Notes: generated from the sequence alone by a model not told the origin. DNA of 64,000 nt from a virus (IMGVR_UViG_2837218921_000006:21395-85394); one strand, 5' to 3'; shown: positions 20,113-29,423, counted from the stretch's first letter. A program made the numbers and translations.

Positions 20113-20600
20113 GAAAAGAACTTTACAACAAAATCAAACAGCGTCTGACACTCTTATGCGTCAACGCCGCCGGGGAGTATTACGAGGCTCCTCTTGACAT
20201 GGACGATGATGTACGCTTCCGTGCCATCAAACATATCGACCTGTGGAACCGAAACGTGGAATTCATCGAACAGGAAGCCGCATGGGAGCGTCCGGCTGTG
20301 TTCATCGAATTCGAGCCGATACACTGGACATCTATCGTGCCGGGCATAGAGTACCGTGCAGAGGCAAGAGTGCGACTGCATATCGTGACTGATTGGGCTC
20401 CTGCCGTAGCCGATGGTTCCGACGGTTCCGGCAGATTCTTTGAGTTGCCGGATAAAATCCACGATGTCCTTGCCGGACTCAATGGTGCAAACTTCAAAGA
20501 TTTCACCCTCGAAGAATCGCATACAAACCACGACCACGAGGATATCGTTGAAAGCATCGAAGTATATAACTTTATCGCGTTCAAACATACAGCCCAATAA
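20109..20600 (+). CDS. Phage protein (possible tail completion)
   Basis: IKHIDLWN..PAVFIEF; coupled to the gpG-like gene. Confidence 0.6.
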   Translation: MRKELYNKIKQRLTLLCVNAAGEYYEAPLDMDDDVRFRAIKHIDLWNRNVEFIEQEAAWERPAVFIEFEPIHWTSIVPGIEYRAEARVRLHIVTDWAPAVADGSDGSGRFFELPDKIHDVLAGLNGANFKDFTLEESHTNHDHEDIVESIEVYNFIAFKHTAQ

Positions 20601-20622
20601 ACGCGCTGTGTCGCGTATAAAT

Positions 20623-20659
20623 GAGAGAGCCGTTACCTTTATCGGGTGACGGCTCTCTT
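20623..20659. terminator. Hairpin between convergent genes
   Basis: GAGAGAGCCGTTACC..GGTGACGGCTCTCTT. Confidence 0.65.
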
Positions 20660-20684
20660 GCGATATATGGGCGAGAAAAAGGCC

Positions 20685-21557
20685 TTATGCGGCGTTGTCG
20701 GGAGGAAGGTCGGGTATCGTGAACAGCATGATGTCCGTGTACCGGGCATTGTAGTTCATCGTCGCTTTAAACTCCCTCCTTTGACAACGGGCAAACGGGT
20801 CGCCGAGCGAGGGGTGGCGACCCATCCACTCGCACAGTTCGACAATGCACGATTTCTCGGAAGTAAAATAAATGAAGTTGTGTCCGGGCAGAACCGACAG
20901 CACATCGAGGTAATCGGCGAGTCGCCAATACATACGATAGGTTCCGACATCGGTGGAAAGGTATGGCGGATCAACAAGGAACACCACACCCGGAGTGTCT
21001 TTAAATCTCTCGAACAGTTCCCGGTAATCACAGGATTCTATCTCAAGACCGGCGAGATAATCCGGGCAGGGAGCATAGTCGCTCTTACGGACATTGTTAT
21101 ACAATACCTCGGAGCGCATATCTTCGATGCTCAGTTTATACTTCATAGAGAACATCAATGAAGACGAGAGCGTGATGAAGTCGAGATAACCGGACTCCTG
21201 TTCCTCCTGTTCGAGCAGTTTGAATATCTGCTCGCGAGACTCACCGGTGATAGGCTTGTGCCTGTCGAAACGGTCTGAGATAGGCCGTATAAGGGAGAGT
21301 AGCCGGTTGGTGCGCCCGATATTGTTGATGCGGTGTCGGTAGTTGTCGAAGTCGTTGTAGATCACCCTTGATTCCGGGTGGTAATATTTGGTGATGTGGG
21401 ACAGTAGGCCGGAGCCGCCGAACAGATCGACAAAGACCGTACCGGGTGGATACTGTTTGATTACTTCGATGAAATGCTTTGCAAACATTCGTTTTTGTCC
21501 TACGAATGGAAGCGGAGCGGAAAGGTATAATGTATGTGGATGATTGGATGTCGCCAT
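20685..21557 (-). CDS. DNA adenine methyltransferase (D12 class)
   Basis: PFVGQKR, DLFGGSG, DPPY. Confidence 0.9.
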   Translation of the reverse strand: MATSNHPHTLYLSAPLPFVGQKRMFAKHFIEVIKQYPPGTVFVDLFGGSGLLSHITKYYHPESRVIYNDFDNYRHRINNIGRTNRLLSLIRPISDRFDRHKPITGESREQIFKLLEQEEQESGYLDFITLSSSLMFSMKYKLSIEDMRSEVLYNNVRKSDYAPCPDYLAGLEIESCDYRELFERFKDTPGVVFLVDPPYLSTDVGTYRMYWRLADYLDVLSVLPGHNFIYFTSEKSCIVELCEWMGRHPSLGDPFARCQRREFKATMNYNARYTDIMLFTIPDLPPDNAA

Positions 21558-21839
21558 TTTTTGATTGTTTAGACAATGCAAAGTTAGTGTACAGGCGACC
21601 GCAGCACACTATCGACGTGACGAATTACACTGCAGCCGGATTGCAGTCGCTTTGGAACCGCTTGATTAGAGTATATACCTTGCGCTCTGATACTCGATAA
21701 TTGGTGGCAAGGCAAGCCACCGCATACGACACCTTTTCCCCGTCGGCAACCATTTTGTTGAAGTCAACAAAAAGGTCGATGTAGTCGGCATCCTCAAGTC
21801 TAATTCCGGATTGACGGAGCCTGTTAAGCAGTTCCCGAT

Positions 21840-23376
21840 CACGGCTCTTTCATTTAACCTAAAATAAATAGCATATCTTCCCTTACCCGGTTCATTGAGA
21901 ATCGGGTAATTTTTCCATGTCTGTATATCAAAGAGTTATTCTGGTATCAAAATCTTATTTTTTTCACTTTTGACTTAAAAATCGAATCAGTCTGGTAAAG
22001 CTCATCGAGATATGTCTGATCAGTTCGGCTATGCCTTTATTCTTATCTGATTGTTTCTTGCGAAGTCCTTTCCATATTGAGAACACCGAGTAAACTATTC
22101 TTTGTATGGTATCGAGGTTTCTGGCGGCTCTCGTCGACTTGCGTTTTATATTGTCCTGCTGAAGATTGTAGTCCAGCCCCCAGTGCATACTTTCTATTGA
22201 CCAATGGTTGCGCACGAAGATTCCTGGCTTCGGAGTATGCGTAGGCATACTGCTGACGTACAGGCGTTTTTCTGAGGTGTGTACTCCTGTTGACTTTTTG
22301 ACTGTGGACGATTCATACTCTATGATGGTCATGTTTCCGCCCCATTTCTTCTTGTCTGCGATAATGTCCAGTCCGTCATATACGCGGTAGGTTCTCGTCT
22401 CTATCCTGCCGTGGGCCAGTTCGGGACCTTCGGTGTAAGAATATACCGGTGTGTGTTCCACTAGCCTGTCCTCAATGCCGTATCGCAATGACGGCTGGTT
22501 GGCTTTGAGTTCTATCAGAAAGTCTCCGCCTTTCTTTCTGATTTTCTCGACAATATCCTTCTGCATAGACATTGCGTCGGCTGTGACAATCTTTCCTGCG
22601 ACATCTATTTTATCAAGAAGTATCGGTATGGCCTTTATCTCGTTGCTCTTTTCCTGACAGGCTTCGGTGGCGATTGTTATGCCGGTGCTGAACGAATAGG
22701 CAGAGACGATATCCGGGCTTCGCCCGTTTTCCTGAACGGTGCCGCGCTCGGCTTTGCCGTCAATGCAGATTATTTCAATGATGCGGCTGGCGCAAGTAAG
22801 TCTTTCAAGGAATATGTCTGCGAACTGCTGCATCCTGTCGGCCATATCCATATCGTTGATGCCGTTCTCCACACGGCAAAGCGTGGCCTCAGATGGTACG
22901 CCGTTCCTTAACAGGCCCATTTTGTGTAATTTGTTGAGGTTGTATCTGCCGAACTCCAATATCTCGGCTCGTCCGATGCATCCGGCCATACGTCCGAGTA
23001 TCATCAGCATGATGATATCGTTGAGGCTGTGACGGAAATTGCCTTTGTCCAATCTACGGAAATCCGGCACGGATGAGGCAAACGCTCGAAGTTCTTCCAT
23101 GATACTGCGCCTTGTGTCAAATTTATTGTGTACTTTTGCGGTATGATCAGGCGCATAGGCGTCAGTCGAACAGACTTGGTCAAGTGGCTTCATTTTTTTT
23201 GGCGTAACTCTTTGATTATCACCTATAAAGTTACTAAAAATCTGCCACTTGGCCAAATTTTCATTGCACTTATTTTCTTGAAAATCAGAGGTTAAAGCCT
23301 CTCCACCCGTACTGCTCTCGCTATAAAATAACACATTTGTCGAGAATGAGACGAAATCTTAAATGAAAGAGCCGTG
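21840..23376 (-). mobile_element. ISAs1-family insertion sequence
   Basis: 18-bp IR CACGGCTCTTTCATTTAA; 9-bp TSD GTTCCCGAT (21831-21839, 23377-23385). Confidence 0.93.
21964..23192 (-). CDS. ISAs1 transposase
   Basis: IDGK, KSNEIKAIP, TADAM, HGRIETR, RNHWSIE motifs; start codon uncertain. Confidence 0.92.
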
Positions 23377-23428
23377 GTTCCCGATTGAATTTCAGTATTT
23401 CAAATATGGTCATGTCCCGAAAAATTAT

Positions 23429-23570
23429 TAAATTTGCAGCGTCTCACTTATAAAACACCCGCGTAGGGAAGCTCAAGGAGGACTTAATGCCCCCGGCGAG
23501 CTTCCCTACGCGGGTTGTGTTAAAAGTAAGTGAGACGACTATTAACAGGCCGGGGGCATTTTTATGCCCT
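23429..23570 (+). ncRNA. Candidate structured small RNA (long hairpin with loop pseudoknot)
   Basis: TAAATTTG promoter; 11-bp and 18-bp stems; loop 12-mer complementary to 23549-23560. Confidence 0.55.
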
Positions 23571-23589
23571 CCCCCGATGGGCAGATGGG

Positions 23590-24075
23590 TCAGTTCACTC
23601 GGTAGAGTTCCAAGTCAATCGCATCCTTGGCATTCCAACCGTCGAGCAGCGTCTTCTGAACGAACTGCATTGCGCCGGTGTAGAAGGCTGTCAAGGTGTC
23701 AAGGGTCTCGAAGGTGACATATTCCGGATTGTCATCATCTCCGAGCTTGAAGGTTACGGGCAATGTCGCTCCGGCAGTCTGAACCGCGAGGTCGTAAGCG
23801 GCCTTATAGTTAAACTGATTTTCGGTGGAGAGCCACACCATTTTGCCATCGTATCGATAGCCGGAGAGAATTCGGGAATCGGTCTGAGAGTTTATCCAAC
23901 CGCTGATGATGGATTTGATTTCCTCCTCGGATGGCTTATGGTTGAATTCTTCCTCCATGTAAGAGGTGATGCCGGATTCATCGACGGACACGTCCCAACG
24001 GACACGCCATTTGTTTCTTACCGGGTTTGTACACTCAAGCAGAGCGACATCGGGATTGCCTTGGACTCGTTTCAT
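23590..24075 (-). CDS. DUF4376-like phage protein downstream of the RT
   Basis: VWLSTENQFNYKAAYDLAVQT..LPVTFKLG motif. Confidence 0.7.
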   Translation of the reverse strand: MKRVQGNPDVALLECTNPVRNKWRVRWDVSVDESGITSYMEEEFNHKPSEEEIKSIISGWINSQTDSRILSGYRYDGKMVWLSTENQFNYKAAYDLAVQTAGATLPVTFKLGDDDNPEYVTFETLDTLTAFYTGAMQFVQKTLLDGWNAKDAIDLELYRVN

Positions 24076-24077
24076 GT

Positions 24078-25382
24078 TTAAGTAAAGACGTATTTGGTTT
24101 TACCTTTGCCGAAGGTCTCCGCCTTGATGGTGGTCTCGAAAGGGAAACCGTCCGGCATTTCACTAACTTGTTGGAGGATGTTTTTCATCTCCTCCGAGTT
24201 GGTGAAGAACTTCTTCTGTTCACCGTTCTGCTCGATGGCGACAACGCAGCGGTCTTCACCCTGCGAGGTCTTGACACCCATCTCGAAGTCGCGGACTACG
24301 ATGGGAAGGTTCACCAGTTCCCGGATACTTACCACCGCTCCGGGGAATCGCTTCTTGCCGTCATCAGGCTTGTAAGCGACATTGAGGTCTTTGAATGATT
24401 TCATTTCTATGCCTGTTAATTTGTTAAAGAGATTATTACATTGCGCGTGCTTGGCCATTCCGTAGAACGAGGCAACAAGCACACGTCGTCTTTTACGACT
24501 TTTCACCTCGCCCATCTTCCGGGCGAACTTTTTCTTTATGCGCTTGCGGATGAGCGCATGGTCGGGATAGATGACGTATCCCAAAAAATCAATACCCTCG
24601 GTTACCGGGAAGACACGCTCGTTATATTTTATCTTGAGTCCGATGCATTCCACGCACTCGTGAATGATGTCCCGGATTCTCCACAGTTCCTCTTTGGTAG
24701 AGGCAAGAACGGCACCATCATCACAGTATCGATAATAGAAAGGCACTCCGAGACGGTCTTTAAGAATGTGATCGAGGTGAACCGACAGTAGCAGGTTGCA
24801 AAGTCCTTGGGAACTTCTCAAGCCTATACTCACCCCGGAAGGCATCATACGGATGAACCGCTCAAGTATCACAATCAATTTCTCATCCTTGAAGATGCGC
24901 CGGACGCAATTGATAATGGACTGCTGACTGACGCTCTCATAAAACTTTGAGATGTCGAACTTGTAGCAGAACCGGGTCTCATCCGGGTGTTCCCGGAGAT
25001 CACGCTCGATGTAAGCCTTGAGGTCGTGCATACCGCGACCTTTGATGCTTGCCGAAGTCGTGCGGATGAAGCGGCGTTTCAGATGCTCATCGACAACAGA
25101 CATCACAGCATGGACGGCGATGCGGTCTTTCATCGTGAGAACCTGTATGTGCCGTTCTTTGCCGCCCTCGATGATTGTGCGTTCCCTGTAACCACCGGCG
25201 ATGAAATAGCTGCCGTCGGCAATCTGAGCCGAGAGTTCCGCTATCACCTCCTCCCGGTGTGCCAATAGCCAACGACCCTGTCGGCTCCGCTTCCGGCTTG
25301 TGCCTCGCAGAACTTGGTCGAATGACTGTGCCATATTTGGATAAGCGACAATCTCCTCTATGATATGTCCTTCTCGACGCAT
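24078..25382 (-). CDS. DGR reverse transcriptase with ~108-aa C-terminal extension
   Basis: KDRIAVHA, KFDISKFY, IGLRSSQ (DGR-type GxxxSQ), YYRYCDD, IDFLGY; adjacent TR. Confidence 0.93.
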   Translation of the reverse strand: MRREGHIIEEIVAYPNMAQSFDQVLRGTSRKRSRQGRWLLAHREEVIAELSAQIADGSYFIAGGYRERTIIEGGKERHIQVLTMKDRIAVHAVMSVVDEHLKRRFIRTTSASIKGRGMHDLKAYIERDLREHPDETRFCYKFDISKFYESVSQQSIINCVRRIFKDEKLIVILERFIRMMPSGVSIGLRSSQGLCNLLLSVHLDHILKDRLGVPFYYRYCDDGAVLASTKEELWRIRDIIHECVECIGLKIKYNERVFPVTEGIDFLGYVIYPDHALIRKRIKKKFARKMGEVKSRKRRRVLVASFYGMAKHAQCNNLFNKLTGIEMKSFKDLNVAYKPDDGKKRFPGAVVSIRELVNLPIVVRDFEMGVKTSQGEDRCVVAIEQNGEQKKFFTNSEEMKNILQQVSEMPDGFPFETTIKAETFGKGKTKYVFT

Positions 25383-25589
25383 GGTGCGGAGCGTTTTAGA
25401 AATTTGTAACAACAGGCTCCTTGAGCCTTCCTTCTCTGAGTCCGGGTTCTTCGAGCTTTCGCCTACCAAACCCTACTCGTTCACTTGGTGTTCCGGCTTT
25501 CCGGCTTTCGCCGCTGTTGCCGAGGCTCATCCCTCTCGGCACCTCGGTGGGAACACGTTCCCGGTGATGTATGCCGATTGTTGGTTGTC

Positions 25590-25700
25590 CAGCCGCGAGC
25601 CGACATTCGTGTTCGCATTCGAAGCATCGTTATTCGCATTCGCGTACGACACGCCGCCATTCGCATTCGCGTTGTTGTTGCCGCGATAGACCACACGGCC
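25590..25700 (-). ncRNA. DGR template repeat (TR)
   Basis: AAC/AAT-rich, conceptual translation GRVVYRGNNNANANGGVSYANANNDASNANTNVGSRL (CLec VR-like); structured spacer to the RT; TAAATTTG promoter at 25728-25735. Confidence 0.92.
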
Positions 25701-25765
25701 TATTGAGGGACTCTGCCTTTTGAACTGCAAATTTACTCATAATTTGGCGTTCAGCAGTGAACATA

Positions 25766-25999
25766 TCAAATTATAAGCCAAAACACAGCGGCGATGGCAC
25801 CTCCGGCAACGGTAAGAATCCAATCGACCCAATCCCAATAGCAGCCGTGTAGCCTGTCTTTCAACTCAAGACATGACGCCGCCACTACCGAGGCGTATAT
25901 GGCCGGGATAGCACCAAGGGCAAACAGCCCTACGAGAAGACCGCCAATGAGGTGCTTGTAGCGGTTGGAGGTCTTGAGGAATAATAAAATCTTGTCCAT
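25766..25999 (-). CDS. Small membrane protein
   Basis: MDKILLFLKTSNRYKHL...; hydrophobic helices. Confidence 0.7.
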   Translation of the reverse strand: MDKILLFLKTSNRYKHLIGGLLVGLFALGAIPAIYASVVAASCLELKDRLHGCYWDWVDWILTVAGGAIAAVFWLII

Positions 26000-26106
26000 A
26001 AACTTTTGTATGTCAGAAATTGTTTGTATTTTTGCATTCAAGAATCGCACTGTGTGTGGGCTAAACTTGCGTAAAGCATAAGGGGTCGCCACAGTCGGTT
26101 CTTTTT

Positions 26107-27408
26107 TTATTGTATGGCATCTGTTATCGAATACAGGAATCGGTCATGTCTGATTTTGCCGGTACGCGATATGATGTCGGTCTCTCCGACATTGAGATAG
26201 ACCTTCCTGCCGTGCAGTTCAGCCTCATAGTAGTAGAATCTCTCGATGCGGTCGCGGCGTGGTTTTGATTTCGCCACTTTTTTTATGAATTTCGCTCCGG
26301 CCAAAAGAGAATCAAGCGAGGCGAGATCATCTTTAGTCAGTACGGAACTTCTCCCGAAAGTATCGGCATATAAATGCTTGTTCCCATATTTGGAGAATCC
26401 GACATTCATAGGATGGCCGTTGCCGTTGACAGAAATTTTCTTTGTAAGGAGCGGTTCCATCTCACGCATATAATGCTTTTTGACAACGGCACTTTCGGAT
26501 TTTGAAAGGTCGTTGTAACACTCATTTATAATGGCACACGCCTCGCACAGACTGTTCATCGGCCTAAATGCGAATTTCCGTTTGTTTATATCGCAGTCCC
26601 GGCAGCGGCGTATAGTGTATGGATTGTAGTCCGGCACCGTCTTTTGCTCAAGTCCGGGATTGAATCGGAATATTCCTTTGCTGTCGCGTTGCAGAGCCTC
26701 GTCGCCAAGCCTCATCGCCTCCGCGTGGGATGTCGCCGGATACTTTGACTTGCGAACCTGTACGACAGTGCATCGGCAGTTCCATCCATTCGGAGGATAG
26801 AACTCCGCCCAAAACGGGTCAGACGGAGGCAGGGTCACACCATCGAGGGCGGCGTGTTCCGGGCGAACCTTATCATCCTTTTGAGTTCGGTATTGGAGAT
26901 TGTATCGGTCTCCATCCTGCATGAATCCTTCCCATTTAGCAGCCATTTCTGCCGAAGCGGTGACAAAGTTATACTCAGCCCGGAGGTAGTTTGCATTATA
27001 GGTTTGGTCGATGCTTCGAACATCGTTCAAAAAGCGTTCAAACGATTTTCGTTCGCCGTTCTCATCTACAAGTGAGGGGAAAGCCTCGTTGAGTTCGTGG
27101 AATGTTTTAATGCCAGAGAAAATAAAGTCCGAGCGGTGGAGCCTTTTGCGCATGGCATCGGACATCTTGACTTGCTCGAATGACGAGTCAAGGGCAGACG
27201 CATGGCTCTTGATGAATTCCCGGACTTGCGGAGTGGATAGAATATCGATGGAGAGCTGCGCACCTTCAGTTTTATACACAGCCTTCATCATTCCGTTGAA
27301 CAGAACGGAGAGCTGCTTGCGTATTTCGTCCTCACGCTCTTTGCGCCCGGCCATGAACACCTCCGGCATATCCTTGAGCAGACGGGCATAGCGTTCATGC
27401 AGCCCCAC
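26107..27408 (-). CDS. MuF/gp30-type head morphogenesis protein with C-terminal extension (possible RNase toxin domain)
   Basis: VRPEHAALDG, FYPPNGWNCRC; extra ~120-aa tail GFSKYGNKHL..FYYYE..FLYSI; only a GTG start inside a hairpin. Confidence 0.85.
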   Translation of the reverse strand: MGLHERYARLLKDMPEVFMAGRKEREDEIRKQLSVLFNGMMKAVYKTEGAQLSIDILSTPQVREFIKSHASALDSSFEQVKMSDAMRKRLHRSDFIFSGIKTFHELNEAFPSLVDENGERKSFERFLNDVRSIDQTYNANYLRAEYNFVTASAEMAAKWEGFMQDGDRYNLQYRTQKDDKVRPEHAALDGVTLPPSDPFWAEFYPPNGWNCRCTVVQVRKSKYPATSHAEAMRLGDEALQRDSKGIFRFNPGLEQKTVPDYNPYTIRRCRDCDINKRKFAFRPMNSLCEACAIINECYNDLSKSESAVVKKHYMREMEPLLTKKISVNGNGHPMNVGFSKYGNKHLYADTFGRSSVLTKDDLASLDSLLAGAKFIKKVAKSKPRRDRIERFYYYEAELHGRKVYLNVGETDIISRTGKIRHDRFLYSITDAIQ

Positions 27409-27422
27409 ATAGTCAGTGGGGC

Positions 27423-28760
27423 TTAGTCGAAAAAAGGTCTGCCGTTCTTTTGCTTGCCCTTATCATCCGCCTTCGTGTCATCGCCATCTTCCCCATCACC
27501 TCCGGGTGGTATGATTGGTGCGGTCTCCCGACGGTCTCCCACAGGCATGCCGTATTTGTCGGCAAAGTATGAAGGGTCAACATCGAAATTGTTGAGAACC
27601 ATAGTCTCGTATGCAATCTGTTGTTCCGGGGTATAATCCACTGCATCGTCCCATTCAAAGCGCAAGCCTTTGAGGGGGAAACCGTGCTTGATCATCCGGG
27701 GAATAAGCTGATTGTTCACGATGTCGCGGAGCATATCGCGGTCGGACTCCACAAGGTTCTCGAAAACCTGCAAGTGTGTTTCTGACTGCGACAGTGAAGA
27801 ACCGTCCTCAATGGTCATGGTCTGGCCGATGGTCAGTTTCGACAGTTCCGAATTGGCACGGTCAATGCGCTTGTCATATACATTGAAGGCATCGCCTTTG
27901 CCGGATTCGACAAACTGAACTTCCGTCTCCATGCCGGTCACCATGCCGAGATTGCTTCCGGCTTCCTGTATCATCTGCTCAAGGCGTTTCCACTCCTTTG
28001 GGTCGCGTGTTGTTGTCTTTGCGACACGCATAGGCATACCGAATATTTCGGCAAAGGCATCCCAAAACGCGAGTGCGTTCTTTTTGGGTATTGTCTGTTG
28101 TGCCGCTTTGAGGAAGAGTCCGAGATCATCGGGTTGTCCGGCTTCTATCAACCAATCCGAATATGGCCTTTCGTGGTAGTCTATGCCCGAAGTCCAGTCA
28201 TCCCCTACATTTTGGACACAGCGGTGATACTCCGAGATAACGTGCTTGCGAGGTATAAGCCGGACACCGTCATAAGACAGGCACCCGTCCCCGTCCTGCG
28301 TGAGCTCTCCGAGTTCAATCAATGAGTGGCCGAACCACAACGAATCGTGGCACAGGCGCAGAAGCTGTTTGAACCAGGATTGATCGAAATAATGCATGGC
28401 AGACTCATCCTCGTCGCCGGATTCATTGACGAGCTTAAACGAGCGTGACATTACGAACCCTCGCCGCTGCTCGATACAGCCGGAGAGGTGGAGGTCAACG
28501 GCAACGTCCCTGTAAATGTCATAAAGACGCTGCCGGTTAGGGTTGTCAACATTTATTGCGAGCTGCCATGCCGCCCTCCAATCCGCTATGTCCTTTCGCG
28601 TCAGTGCATCGGTAGTCCGATGTATGTCCATGACGATGCTCTGAAACTTTGCCCGGTCTTTCGGCTTGGCAAGATTCAGTTCTCCGTATGGGGTCTGGAG
28701 TATCATGGGGTCGCTCTTTTTGGAGCGGAAGTTCTCAAGGAATTTGTCGAGTACGCCCAT
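27423..28760 (-). CDS. Portal protein (DUF935/Mu gp29-like)
   Basis: FAEIFGMP, SKLTIGQTMT..GSS.SQSETH. Confidence 0.88.
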   Translation of the reverse strand: MGVLDKFLENFRSKKSDPMILQTPYGELNLAKPKDRAKFQSIVMDIHRTTDALTRKDIADWRAAWQLAINVDNPNRQRLYDIYRDVAVDLHLSGCIEQRRGFVMSRSFKLVNESGDEDESAMHYFDQSWFKQLLRLCHDSLWFGHSLIELGELTQDGDGCLSYDGVRLIPRKHVISEYHRCVQNVGDDWTSGIDYHERPYSDWLIEAGQPDDLGLFLKAAQQTIPKKNALAFWDAFAEIFGMPMRVAKTTTRDPKEWKRLEQMIQEAGSNLGMVTGMETEVQFVESGKGDAFNVYDKRIDRANSELSKLTIGQTMTIEDGSSLSQSETHLQVFENLVESDRDMLRDIVNNQLIPRMIKHGFPLKGLRFEWDDAVDYTPEQQIAYETMVLNNFDVDPSYFADKYGMPVGDRRETAPIIPPGGDGEDGDDTKADDKGKQKNGRPFFD

Positions 28761-28764
28761 AGTA

Positions 28765-29181
28765 TTACCAATTATGACGGAGCCGTGGCTCCGAGTGAAA
28801 TATTGTGCCGTTCATGACGGGAGTGTGCTCTTCCTCAATCAGCGGCAAGTCCGGGATGATTTTGCCTGACTGAACACCCTCAAGCCATTCGATAGCCCGT
28901 TCATAACGCTCCTTGCGTATCTCGATACCCATCTTCTGAGGGAGTGAGGCAACAAGATGATAGAGGGCTATGTCGGCAGTCCGCATGACAATAAGCCTGT
29001 TCCGGGCATCCCCTTCGGCTGAAAAAATCGCCTCGCAATCATAGACAGGACGCAGATACCCGGAGATTTCCTCGATTGCCTCAAGTTCCGCGTTGGCGCG
29101 GTTTTCCTCAGAGGCACGTGAGATAACCTTGAGCGCATCTTCGCCTATGACCACGGCGTAGTCGGTGTCGGTGATAAACAT
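28765..29181 (-). CDS. Mu gp36-like (DUF1320) head-tail connector
   Basis: DIALYHL..RYERAIEWL. Confidence 0.8.
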   Translation of the reverse strand: MFITDTDYAVVIGEDALKVISRASEENRANAELEAIEEISGYLRPVYDCEAIFSAEGDARNRLIVMRTADIALYHLVASLPQKMGIEIRKERYERAIEWLEGVQSGKIIPDLPLIEEEHTPVMNGTIFHSEPRLRHNW

Positions 29182-29191
29182 GATGCTGAAG

Positions 29192-29422
29192 TTAAGTTGT
29201 TACGAAAAGAGCGTGTCTCTCGATATCCTCGACGGTCACGCCTTTGCGGAACCGTTTGCGCTTGATAAGTTCCTTGATTGTCTGTTTCGGGACGACTTTG
29301 AGAGAGCCGCCGAGGTTGATGACGTAATACTTCCTGCCGAACAGTCCGGCGAGTTTTTTTGCTTTGCGCACGGCTCTCTTGAAACGCCATGCGGCATAAT
29401 ACTTTTTGATGGTCTTGAACAT
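29192..29422 (-). CDS. Small basic phage protein
   Basis: MFKTIKKYY...; operonic. Confidence 0.65.
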   Translation of the reverse strand: MFKTIKKYYAAWRFKRAVRKAKKLAGLFGRKYYVINLGGSLKVVPKQTIKELIKRKRFRKGVTVEDIERHALFVTT

Positions 29423-29423
29423 A

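Larger units (their letters stand above)
21625..23413 (-). pseudogene. Small Mor-like HTH gene split by ISAs1
   Basis: Rejoined flanks read MTIFEILKFNRELLNRLRQSGIRLED...YRVSERKVYTLIKRFQSDCNPAAV*. Confidence 0.8.

Noticed and set aside
25481-25730. Short ORFs over the Asn-rich repeat
   Set aside because: This is the DGR template repeat; AAC-rich pseudo-ORFs are expected and not evidence of a protein.
26107-27408. MuF C-terminus as the DGR target
   Set aside because: No nucleotide similarity to the TR despite being close upstream.
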